From: an uncultured Actinomycetota bacterium
GTDB taxonomy: Bacteria; Actinomycetota; Actinomycetes; JACCUZ01
NCBI GenBank assembly: GCA_963705885.1
Contig: OY970120.1
Location: 98,179-162,178 of the forward strand
Length of the DNA stretch: 64,000 bases
Direction of reading: 5' to 3'
The notes beneath the pieces are model-generated. The model was given only the letters and a program-made list of their open reading frames with translations. It was not told where the DNA came from and made no database searches. Below, in pieces: positions 34,309 through 44,005 of this stretch (its first letter is position 1; each line of letters opens with the position of its first letter). Position numbers and translations under genes: made by a program.

Positions 34309-36054
34309 GTGACCGAACCCGCGTTCCCCGCACAGGCCGGGCCGGAGCGGGACGAGCACGGCGCGCCGGGGACGCCGGCCCGCGACCAGCTCGGGGTCGT
34401 GCTCGTCGCCGCCGGCGTCGTGACCGAGACCGAGCTGGAGGAGGCGCTGACCTTCCAGCGCTCCGTGGTCGGGGCGCGCCGGCGCCTCGGTCACGTGCTC
34501 GTGGACCTCGGGCTCGCCAGCGAGCGCCAGATCGCCGACGCCCTCGGCGACCAGCTCGGGCTGCCCGTCGTCGACCTCAACAAGGTGGCCATCGCGCCCG
34601 AGACCGTGCGCCTCCTGCCACGCGCGGTGGCGCACCGGCTCGGCATGCTCGTCCTCTCGACCGCCGGGCGAGAGGTCACCGTCGCCGCCGTCGACCCCAC
34701 CGACGTCGTCGCGCTGGACGACGCCCGGCTGCACACCGGGGCGAGCGAGCTGCGGGTCACCGTCGCGACCGAGTCCCAGGTCCGCGACCACCTGGTGCGG
34801 GTCTGGTCGCTGTCCGAGGACGCGACGGACGTGACGACCTTCTTCGAGGACGTCGACCTCGAACGGGCGGACAGCGACGAGGGCACGTCCGCGGTCGACG
34901 ACGCCCCGACCGTCCGGCTCGTGACGACGCTGCTGGCCGACGCGGTGCGGGTGGGGGCGAGCGACATCCACGTCGAGCCGCAGCGGTCGGACCTGCGCAT
35001 CCGCTACCGGGTCGACGGTGTCCTGCGTGACGTCATGGCGCTCCCCCGCAGCGCCACGGCGGCCATCTCGAGCCGCATCAAGATCGTGTCCGGCCTGGAC
35101 ATCGCGGAGCGCCGGTTGCCCCAGGACGGCCGGACGCGCTTCGTCGTGGACGGCCGGCCGGTCGACGCGCGCGTCAGCACGCTGCCCGCCGTGCACGGCG
35201 AGAAGGTCGTGGTGCGCCTGCTGACCAGGCCGGACCAGCTGCCCCGCCTGGACGATCTCGGGCTCACCCCGGCCCAGCTCACCGACCTGCGCCGGGCCGT
35301 GGCCGCACCGCAGGGGCTGGTCCTGGTCACCGGGCCCACCGGCTCCGGGAAGACGAGCACGCTCTACTCGCTGCTGGGCGAGGTGGACACCTTCGAGCGC
35401 AACGTCGTCACCCTCGAGGACCCGGTCGAGATCCAGGTGCCGCGGATCACCCAGGTCCAGGTGCACGACCGGGCGGGCCTGACCTTCGGCCGCGGGCTGC
35501 GGGCGGTGCTCCGCCAGGACCCGGACGTCGTGCTGGTCGGGGAGATCCGTGACACCGAGACCGCCGACCTCGCGGTCCGGGCCTCGCTCACCGGTCACCT
35601 GGTCCTGACCACGCTCCACACGAACAGCACCGTCGCCGCGATGACCCGGCTGGTGGACATGGGCGTGGAGCCCTACCTCGTCGGGTCGTCCCTGAGCGCC
35701 GTCGTCTCGCAGCGGCTGGTCCGCCGACCCTGCGCCTCCTGCGTGACGGAGGACGAGCCGGACCCGGACCTGCTGGCCGCGCTGGGGCTGGGCGTCCTCC
35801 CGGAGGGCGCGACGCCCGTCCGGGGGGCGGGGTGCACCGAGTGCGGCCAGTCCGGCTACCGGGGCCGGTTCGGCGTCTTCGAGGTGCTACCGGTCGACCA
35901 GGACCTCCGTCGCGTCCTCGGCGCCGACCCCTCCGAGGCGGCGGTGGCAGCCGCCACGAGTGGGCTGCGCACGGTCCGCGACGCGGCCGTCGCCAAGGCG
36001 CTGGCCGGGGAGACGACCTTCGAGGAGGTGGCCCGGGTCAGTCCGCGGGAGTGA
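34309..36054 (+). CDS. GspE/PilB-family secretion-type ATPase (T2SSE_N domain + AAA+ secretion ATPase core)
   Basis: N-terminal GSPII_E_N (IADALGDQLGLPVVDL), Walker A GPTGSGKTST, Asp box, Walker B VVLVGEIRD, His box, tetracysteine (CASC...CTEC). Confidence 0.85.
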   Translation: MTEPAFPAQAGPERDEHGAPGTPARDQLGVVLVAAGVVTETELEEALTFQRSVVGARRRLGHVLVDLGLASERQIADALGDQLGLPVVDLNKVAIAPETVRLLPRAVAHRLGMLVLSTAGREVTVAAVDPTDVVALDDARLHTGASELRVTVATESQVRDHLVRVWSLSEDATDVTTFFEDVDLERADSDEGTSAVDDAPTVRLVTTLLADAVRVGASDIHVEPQRSDLRIRYRVDGVLRDVMALPRSATAAISSRIKIVSGLDIAERRLPQDGRTRFVVDGRPVDARVSTLPAVHGEKVVVRLLTRPDQLPRLDDLGLTPAQLTDLRRAVAAPQGLVLVTGPTGSGKTSTLYSLLGEVDTFERNVVTLEDPVEIQVPRITQVQVHDRAGLTFGRGLRAVLRQDPDVVLVGEIRDTETADLAVRASLTGHLVLTTLHTNSTVAAMTRLVDMGVEPYLVGSSLSAVVSQRLVRRPCASCVTEDEPDPDLLAALGLGVLPEGATPVRGAGCTECGQSGYRGRFGVFEVLPVDQDLRRVLGADPSEAAVAAATSGLRTVRDAAVAKALAGETTFEEVARVSPRE

Positions 36055-36541
36055 CCCGGGGCGACGTGGTCGTGAGCGGGGTTTGCGACGCGCCGTTCTC
36101 GCCGAGCATGCGCGCGAGCAGCTCGGCCAGCTCGCCGGACTGGTCGTCGTCGAGGCGGCCCATGGCGTGCGCCACCACGCCGCGGAGGTGGGTCGGGCTC
36201 GCCGCGCGCAGCCTGTCGACGCCCGCGTCGGTGAGCACGGTGAACATCCCCCGGGCGTCGTCGGCGCAGGCCTCCCGGCGGACGAGGGCCTCGCGCTCCA
36301 GCCGGTCGACCAGCCGGGTGAGCCCGCTGCGCGAGAGCAGCACCCTCTCGGCCAGCTCGGACATCCGCAGCCGCCGCTCGGGCGCCTCGACGAGCTGCAC
36401 CAGGACGTCGTAGGTCGCCAGCGGCATCCCCCGCTCCGCGAGCAGGTCCCCCTCCAGGCGGCGCGTCACCACCGCGTGCGTGCGCAGGAACAGGCGCCAT
36501 GCCGCCATCTGCCGCTGCGTCAGCGGGCCCGGGTCCTGCAT
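36038..36541 (-). CDS. MarR-family transcriptional regulator
   Basis: wHTH (MSELAERVLLSRSGLTRLVDRLEREALVRR); 167 aa from an internal ATG. Confidence 0.75.
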   Translation of the reverse strand: MQDPGPLTQRQMAAWRLFLRTHAVVTRRLEGDLLAERGMPLATYDVLVQLVEAPERRLRMSELAERVLLSRSGLTRLVDRLEREALVRREACADDARGMFTVLTDAGVDRLRAASPTHLRGVVAHAMGRLDDDQSGELAELLARMLGENGASQTPLTTTSPRVTPAD

Positions 36542-36721
36542 ACCGGGGGATGGTAGTGGCCAGCCCGCCGACGACCCTGGTGGCCGCCGGGTGAGGTCGA
36601 GCGAGCTCCGGCGGCGCCCCGACACCCGCGGTGGGCCGTCGGCGAGCGCGAGGACGTGGTCGTACGCCGCCACGACCCGGTCATGGAATCGCACCTCGAG
36701 CGGGCGACGTAGCATCGAGAC

Positions 36722-37864
36722 ATGCCCGCCCCCAGCATCGAGCAGGTCCAGGCTGCCCTGGCAACGGTCGACGACCCCGAGATCCACAAGCCGATCACCG
36801 ACCTCGGCATGGTCAAGTCGGTCGACATCGGCCCCGGTGGCGACGTCGCGGTGGCGATCTACCTCACGGTGGCCGGCTGCCCGATGAAGGACACGATCAC
36901 CTCGCGCGTCACGACGGCGGTGCAGGCCGTCGAGGGGGTCACCGGCGTCCGGGTCGACCTTGACGTCATGTCGTCGGCGCAGCGCCAGGAGATGCAGTCC
37001 CGGCTGCGCGCGGAGTCGGGGATGACCGAGCGCGAGATCCCCTTCGCCCGCGCCGGGTCCCTGACCCGGGTCTACGCCGTGGCGTCCGGCAAGGGCGGGG
37101 TCGGCAAGTCGTCCGTCACGGTCAACCTCGCGGCGGCGATGGCCCGCTCCGGGCTCTCGGTCGGCGTCGTGGACGCCGACATCTACGGGCACTCCGTGCC
37201 GCGCATGCTCGGCGTCACCGGCCGGCCCACGCAGGTCGAGGACATGATCATGCCGCCCTCGGCGCACGGCGTGCGGGTCATCTCGATCGGCATGTTCGTG
37301 GCCGACAACCAGCCCGTCGTGTGGCGCGGCCCGATGCTGCACCGCGCGCTCCAGCAGTTCCTCGGCGACGTGTTCTGGGGGGACCTCGACGTGCTGCTCA
37401 TGGACCTGCCGCCGGGCACCGGCGATATCGCCATCTCGGTGGCCCAGCTCGTGCCCACGGCCGAGCTGCTGGTGGTCACCACCCCGCAGCAGGCGGCGGC
37501 CGAGGTGGCCGAGCGGGCCGGCACCATCGCGCTGCAGACCCACCAGCAGATCGCCGGCGTCGTCGAGAACATGTCCTACCTGCCGTGCCCCCACTGCGAC
37601 GAGCGGGTCGAGGTGTTCGGCAGCGGCGGCGGCCAGGCGGTCGCCGACGGGCTCACGCGCTCGGTCGGTGCGCCCGTGCCGCTTCTCGGCGAGGTGCCGA
37701 TCGACATGCGCCTGCGCGAGGGCGGCGACACCGGGCGGCCCCTGGTCCTCGACGACCCGGACGCCCCGGCCTCCCGCGTGCTCATGGACGTGGCCGACCG
37801 GCTGGGTCACCGGGCGCGCGGCCTTGCCGGGCGCTCGCTGGGCTTGACCCCGGCCGGGCGCTGA
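36722..37864 (+). CDS. mrp: Mrp/ApbC Fe-S cluster carrier ATPase with N-terminal DUF59
   Basis: Walker A GKGGVGKSS, CPHC-type cysteine pair (LPCPHCD), DUF59 N-terminus. Confidence 0.9.
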   Translation: MPAPSIEQVQAALATVDDPEIHKPITDLGMVKSVDIGPGGDVAVAIYLTVAGCPMKDTITSRVTTAVQAVEGVTGVRVDLDVMSSAQRQEMQSRLRAESGMTEREIPFARAGSLTRVYAVASGKGGVGKSSVTVNLAAAMARSGLSVGVVDADIYGHSVPRMLGVTGRPTQVEDMIMPPSAHGVRVISIGMFVADNQPVVWRGPMLHRALQQFLGDVFWGDLDVLLMDLPPGTGDIAISVAQLVPTAELLVVTTPQQAAAEVAERAGTIALQTHQQIAGVVENMSYLPCPHCDERVEVFGSGGGQAVADGLTRSVGAPVPLLGEVPIDMRLREGGDTGRPLVLDDPDAPASRVLMDVADRLGHRARGLAGRSLGLTPAGR

Positions 37865-38079
37865 CGGGCCGACGATCGGCCACGCCCCGCATCGGACTGC
37901 GTACGGCAGGGCGGCTCGACCGCGACCGTCTCCGCGGTGGAGTCGACGACGCTTTGGGCGAGGAGTCGCTGGCCTCCCCCGCGGCCCACGCGGCTGTGCC
38001 GGCGTGCTCGGAGGTGTGACAGCCGGGGCTGCCGCCCTGTCTTGTGGTGTGTAGCGCGTCCTCGACGAAGGAGTTCACG

Positions 38080-39009
38080 ATGAGAGTGCTTGTCGCTGGG
38101 GCAACGGGGGCGATCGGACGGCAGCTGGTGCCACGTCTGGTCGAGGCAGGGCACGAGGTCCATGGCATGACGCGCAGCGGGTCGAAGCAGGCGATGCTCG
38201 ACGACTTGGGCGCCGTGCCGGTCGTCGCGGATGCGCTTGACCCCGACCAGGTGGCCGAAGCCGTGGGGAGGGCGAGGCCGGAGGTGATCGTCCATCAACT
38301 GACAGCTATCGGATCGCTCGACCCGCGGCACTTCGACCGCGACTTCGCACTGACCAACCGCCTACGAACCGAAGGGACGGACCACCTGCTGTCGGCGGGC
38401 CAGGCGATGGGGGCGCGGCGGATCGTGGCGCAGAGCTATGGCGCGTGGCCGTACGAGCGCACCGGCGGGCCGGTGAAGAGCGAGGAGGACCCGCTCGACC
38501 CGACGCCCGCACGCGAGATGCGCGAGACCTTGGCCGCGATCCGACACCTCGAGAAGGCGGTCCTGGGCGCGCGGTGGACCGAGGGGATCGTGCTGCGCTA
38601 CGGCGCGTTCTACGGTCCCGGCACCTCGATGACGCCGGGTAGTGAGCAGTTCGAGCTGGTCCGCAGGCGCAAGTTCCCGCTGGTCGGCGACGGCGGCGGC
38701 GTGTGGTCCTTCATCCACATCGCCGACGCGGCGGAGGCGACAGTGGCAGCGGTAGCGCGCGGCAGCCGCGGTGTCTACAACGTCGTCGACGATGATCCCG
38801 CCCCGGTCGCCGAGTGGCTGCCGGCGCTGGCGCAGGAGCTCGGCGCCAGGAAGCCGATGCGCGTGCCGCGGTTCGTCGGGAGGCTGTTCGCCGGGGAAGC
38901 CGGCGTCGTGATGATGACAGAGGTTCGCGGCGCGTCGAACGCGAAGGCCAAGCGTGAGCTCGGTTGGCGCCCGGCGCACCCGAGCTGGCGAGGCGGGTTC
39001 GCGGCATGA
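38080..39009 (+). CDS. NAD(P)-dependent epimerase/dehydratase-family oxidoreductase (ECF41-associated COE-type gene)
   Basis: Rossmann VLVAGATGAIG; GAAGGAG RBS 7 nt before ATG 38080; codon usage visibly atypical (AGA, CTT, GCT, GCA, CAA, CTA, GTA, GAT). Confidence 0.8.
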   Translation: MRVLVAGATGAIGRQLVPRLVEAGHEVHGMTRSGSKQAMLDDLGAVPVVADALDPDQVAEAVGRARPEVIVHQLTAIGSLDPRHFDRDFALTNRLRTEGTDHLLSAGQAMGARRIVAQSYGAWPYERTGGPVKSEEDPLDPTPAREMRETLAAIRHLEKAVLGARWTEGIVLRYGAFYGPGTSMTPGSEQFELVRRRKFPLVGDGGGVWSFIHIADAAEATVAAVARGSRGVYNVVDDDPAPVAEWLPALAQELGARKPMRVPRFVGRLFAGEAGVVMMTEVRGASNAKAKRELGWRPAHPSWRGGFAA

Positions 39010-39147
39010 CCGCGGCTGCTCACCGTGTGGGCGCTCGACATCGCCGACGGTCAGATCAGGGGCATCAGCTCGATCGTCAACCCCGACAAGCCCACGCACC
39101 TCGGGCCGGTCGGCGACTTCGGATCGCTCCTGCGGTCCGCGAGATGA
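39010..39147 (+). pseudogene. remnant of ECF41 (SigJ-type) sigma-factor C-terminus, in frame directly after the epimerase TGA
   Basis: Translation PRLLTVWALDIADGQIRGISSIVNPDKPTHLGPVGDFGSLLRSAR* carries the NPDK-type C-terminal motif of ECF41 sigma factors; no start codon and no sigma2/sigma4 regions are present. Confidence 0.4.
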
Positions 39148-39182
39148 CGGCAACCCGCGACCAACGTCCTGGCCGGGTACCG

Positions 39183-39542
39183 CTAGGTAGCGTCGGAGTC
39201 GTAGCGGGGCGACCCGCCGTCCGGGGCCGGGGGTGAGCCCGGCCCCCTGCGGTCGGCCGGCTTGGGGCGCTGCGGCCGGTCGTCGTCGAGGGAGTCGAGG
39301 TCGACCGGCTCGAGCAGGTGCTTGCGCACCATCGCGCGCGGGTCGAGGTCACGGATCGAGAGGTCGTCGAACTCCGGGCCGAGCTCGCGGCGCACCTCGG
39401 CGCGCGCGTCGTTGGCCATGTCGCGAACCTTCCGAAGGACCCGCGCCGCCTCGGCCGCGTAGCGCGGCAGCTTCTCGGGCCCGAGGACGATCAGGGCGAC
39501 GATCGCCAGCGCGACGAACTCACCCGCGCCGATGCCCAACAC
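39183..39542 (-). CDS. tatB: Sec-independent protein translocase TatB/TatA-family
   Basis: MLGIGAGEFVALAIVALIVLGPEKLP Tat N-terminus; acidic/Pro-rich tail. Confidence 0.8.
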   Translation of the reverse strand: MLGIGAGEFVALAIVALIVLGPEKLPRYAAEAARVLRKVRDMANDARAEVRRELGPEFDDLSIRDLDPRAMVRKHLLEPVDLDSLDDDRPQRPKPADRRGPGSPPAPDGGSPRYDSDAT

Positions 39543-39554
39543 GCAGCGATCCTC

Positions 39555-40877
<1,323 letters not shown>

Positions 40878-40923
40878 GCGGGCGGGCTCCTCCGGGGGGT
40901 CTGGCGGGTCTGCGGGCGGTCCG

Positions 40924-42036
40924 TCACCCGGCGGGGTTGAACCACGATCCCACCCGGTCCAGTCCCCGGCCGAGTCGCTCCATGATGCCTCCCCCGGCAG
41001 GGGCGCCGTCATGCAGAGCGTCCACGGCTCGGTCCACCGTACGCTCCGGCGCGTCACCCACCAGGGTGAACACAGTGCCCCCCGACGCCCAGACCACCGT
41101 GCGAGGGATCTCGTCGCGCAGCCAGACACCGTGCCCGCCCACCGTCGCGCGCCGGTAGCCGTCGAGGCGCTCGCGGTCCAGGCTGCCGCGCTGCTGGAAC
41201 ACCGACACCGTGGCGATGCCGTCGGCGTAGCTGAGGTGCAGGATGGCCCGGTCCTGCCCGCCGCGCCGGGCGTCGACCAGGGGCAGCGGGCCGGGCAGCG
41301 ACCAGGGGCAGGCCCAGCCGTGCCGGCGCAGCCGGTCGACCGCGTCGACGTCCAGGGTGTGTGCCCAGGCCCGACCGGCGTCCTCGCCCGCCTCGGCGGC
41401 CGGCAGGGGCCCGACCGTCAGGTCGACGAACGCGCTGGCCCGCACGACCCGCCCCGACCGGTCGTAGACCTCGCGGCGCAGCGCCAGGCCGGTCTCCCGG
41501 TCGACCCAGAAGCGGGCGACGGGACCAGCCGCGGAGCCGTCGCCCGCCTGCCGCGCGACCACGACGTCGGCGTCGCGTCCCGCCACGTGGGCACCGACCT
41601 CGCCCACCACCAGCGAGTAGTGCCGTGCGAGCAGGTCGGCCGCTCCGGCGCCCAGCATCGAGGGCTCCGCCGCGTCGGCCGCGCTGCGGACGACCCGGCC
41701 ACCGGCCCCCGCCGCCTGCGGCGCGCGCCACGTGGTGCCCGCCGTGGGGCTGTGCGCGACCTGCAGCACGTGGCTGCTGGTCCGGCCGGCCGCCCAGGCG
41801 GTGACGTACTGCGTGCCCGAGTAGGACACGGCGTACGGCGCGGCCGCGGCGCGCTCGAGCAGCCGCCGGGCCGCGGGCTCGACCACGGGCCGGGGGCCCT
41901 GGTCGCGCGCGGCGTCCTCCGGGCCGCGCGCCGCGTCGCGGGCGGGCGCTCCGCCGGCCTGCAGCAGCAGGACCGCCAGGAGGGCGCACGAGCCGAGGAC
42001 GCCAGCGGCCCCGGCGAGTGGTGCGAGCCGTCTCAC
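40924..42036 (-). CDS. putative MucB/RseB-like sigma-E regulatory protein (signal peptide/lipoprotein-like N-terminus)
   Basis: 370 aa; signal-like N-terminus; start overlaps the rseA stop by 4 nt, so translationally coupled in the sigE operon. Confidence 0.4.
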   Translation of the reverse strand: MRRLAPLAGAAGVLGSCALLAVLLLQAGGAPARDAARGPEDAARDQGPRPVVEPAARRLLERAAAAPYAVSYSGTQYVTAWAAGRTSSHVLQVAHSPTAGTTWRAPQAAGAGGRVVRSAADAAEPSMLGAGAADLLARHYSLVVGEVGAHVAGRDADVVVARQAGDGSAAGPVARFWVDRETGLALRREVYDRSGRVVRASAFVDLTVGPLPAAEAGEDAGRAWAHTLDVDAVDRLRRHGWACPWSLPGPLPLVDARRGGQDRAILHLSYADGIATVSVFQQRGSLDRERLDGYRRATVGGHGVWLRDEIPRTVVWASGGTVFTLVGDAPERTVDRAVDALHDGAPAGGGIMERLGRGLDRVGSWFNPAG

Positions 42037-42587
42037 CGCCGTGTCGTCGCGGCCGGGTCGAACGTCGTCATCAGCCCGACGGCCGGGTCGCCGACCGTGA
42101 CCGCACCGCTGGTGCGGCCGTGCTCGACGGACAGCTCGGCGGCGGGCGGCACGACGCTGGAGGCGGGCTGGGCGCCACCCGCGACGAAGGCGGTGCCGAG
42201 CACCAGGCCGGCCACCGAGAAGGCCCCGGCGGTGGCGACGCCGATCCGGCGGCGCACCCGGTCACCCGGGCGGCGGCTGTCGCGCCGGGCGCTGCGGGGG
42301 CGCCGGCCCGGGGGCGGGAGGTCGGGCACGAGCGCGCCCTGGGGCATGGTGCGCGCCCGCGGCGGCAGGGGACCGCCCGGCAGGGCGAGGTCGTGCAGCG
42401 CGGTCACGGTGTCCGGCCCGGGCCGCGGCGTGCCCGCGGCGGCGAGCAGCGCCTTGACCGCCCGCTGCGCGTCGAGGTCGGCGCGGCAGTCGGCGCAGTG
42501 GGCGACGTGGGCCAGCGCCCGGTCGCGCTGGTGATGGTCGAGCTCGCCGTCGGCGAGGGCGGCGAGGCGGTCACCGAGGTGCCTCAC
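42033..42587 (-). CDS. rseA: anti-sigma-E factor (zf-HC2, RseA-like)
   Basis: HxxxCxxC zinc motif ([12 protein letters not shown]); single TM; start overlaps the sigE stop by 4 nt. Confidence 0.7.
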   Translation of the reverse strand: MRHLGDRLAALADGELDHHQRDRALAHVAHCADCRADLDAQRAVKALLAAAGTPRPGPDTVTALHDLALPGGPLPPRARTMPQGALVPDLPPPGRRPRSARRDSRRPGDRVRRRIGVATAGAFSVAGLVLGTAFVAGGAQPASSVVPPAAELSVEHGRTSGAVTVGDPAVGLMTTFDPAATTRR

Positions 42588-43201
42588 GACGTCACCCCGC
42601 CGGCCTCGTCGAGGGGGCGCCGGCCGGGCGCCCGGTGCTCGAGCGCCTCGCGCAGCTGGGCCCGGCCGCGATGGATGCGGCTGCGCACGGTGCCGAGCTT
42701 GATGCCCAGGGTGGTGGAGATCTCCTCGTACGACAGGCCCTCGATGTCGCAGAGCACGACGGCGGCGCGGAAGTCCGGGGAGAGGCCGTCGAGGGCGCCC
42801 TGCACGTCGTCGTCGAAGTGGCTGTCGTCGTAGGTCTCCTCCGGCCCCCGCTCCCGCGACGGCAGGCTCGCACCGGCGTCCTCACCGAGCGGGTCGAAAC
42901 GGATGCGCTGCTTGCGCCGCACCTGGTCGAGGAAGAGGTTCGTCGTGATCCGGTGCAGCCAGCCCTCGAACGTTCCGGGGGTGTAGGTCGAGAGGGAGCG
43001 GAAGACGCGGACGAACACGTCCTGGGTGAGGTCGGCGGCGTCGTGCGGGTTCCCGGTGAGCCGGTAGGCGAGGCGGTAGACGCGTGCCGAGTGGGTGCGC
43101 ACCACCTCGTCCCAGGAGGGGGGTGTCCAGGGCTGGGCGGAGGGGTGATCGCTCACGATCCCTCCGCTCACCGGTGCGCCGACGACGGCGACTGCACTCA
43201 T
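42584..43201 (-). CDS. sigE: ECF RNA polymerase sigma factor SigE
   Basis: Sigma-70 region 2 ([14 protein letters not shown]) and region 4 ([25 protein letters not shown]); 205 aa. Confidence 0.85.
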   Translation of the reverse strand: MSAVAVVGAPVSGGIVSDHPSAQPWTPPSWDEVVRTHSARVYRLAYRLTGNPHDAADLTQDVFVRVFRSLSTYTPGTFEGWLHRITTNLFLDQVRRKQRIRFDPLGEDAGASLPSRERGPEETYDDSHFDDDVQGALDGLSPDFRAAVVLCDIEGLSYEEISTTLGIKLGTVRSRIHRGRAQLREALEHRAPGRRPLDEAGGVTS

Positions 43202-43363
43202 CGTGCTCTCGTGGTCCTCTCCCGGGCCAACCCGCGCGTACGTGGACGTGTTCCCGTGAGGGCAACGACTCCTGCGGGCGACGGGTTCCCCGGACGCCCG
43301 GGGCCGATAGGCTCCGGCCACCCGGGGCCTGCCAGGTCGGCCCCGTCCACCCGGGAGGCCGAC

Positions 43364-44002
43364 ATCAGCGGGAACCTGCAGGCCAGCTGGACCTACGCCG
43401 AGGAGTTCGTGCCCGAGGACGAGGTCCTCACCACCGCCCGGGCCAAGGGCGGCGAGCTGGGCTGCGTCCCCGTACTGCCCGGCGCGGGTGCGGCCCTGTG
43501 CCTGCTCGCCGCCGCCACCGGCGCGCGGGCGGTCGTCGAGATCGGCACCGGCGCCGGGGTGGGGTCGATCTGGCTGCTGCGCGGCATGCGCCCCGACGGT
43601 GTGCTGACGACCATCGACGTGGAGCCCGAGCACCACCGGGCCGCGCGCGAGACCTACACCGAGGCGGGCATCGCGTCCAACCGGGTGCGGCTGATCTCCG
43701 GTCGCGCGCTCGACGTGCTCCCCCGCCTGACCGACGGCGCCTACGACATGGTCGTGTGCGACGCCGACAAGGCCGAGTACCCGGGCTACCTCGAGCAGGC
43801 GCTGCGGCTGCTGCGCCCCGGCGGGGTCGTCGCGTTCGACAACGCGCTCTGGCACGACCGGGTCGCCGACCCGACCCAGCGTGACGGGGACACCACGGCG
43901 ATCCGCGAGCTCGGCCGCACCGTCCGCGACGACGAGCGGCTGACCAGCGCGCTCCTCCCGTCCGGCGACGGGCTGCTCGTCGCCGTCAAGCTGCCCGAGT
44001 AG
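43364..44002 (+). CDS. class I SAM-dependent O-methyltransferase (Rv1220c-like), apparent ATC initiation codon
   Basis: [32 protein letters not shown] aligns with Rv1220c-family N-termini; SAM motif [12 protein letters not shown]; GGGAGG RBS 5 nt before ATC 43364; no ATG/GTG/TTG in frame between the RBS and the conserved Trp. Confidence 0.65.
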   Translation: MSGNLQASWTYAEEFVPEDEVLTTARAKGGELGCVPVLPGAGAALCLLAAATGARAVVEIGTGAGVGSIWLLRGMRPDGVLTTIDVEPEHHRAARETYTEAGIASNRVRLISGRALDVLPRLTDGAYDMVVCDADKAEYPGYLEQALRLLRPGGVVAFDNALWHDRVADPTQRDGDTTAIRELGRTVRDDERLTSALLPSGDGLLVAVKLPE

Positions 44003-44005
44003 CCC

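Noticed and set aside
37865-38043. Possible N-terminal remnant of the ECF41 sigma gene upstream of the epimerase
   Set aside because: All three forward frames were translated. None shows sigma-70 region 2 motifs, only the tail of a GC-artefact ORF.
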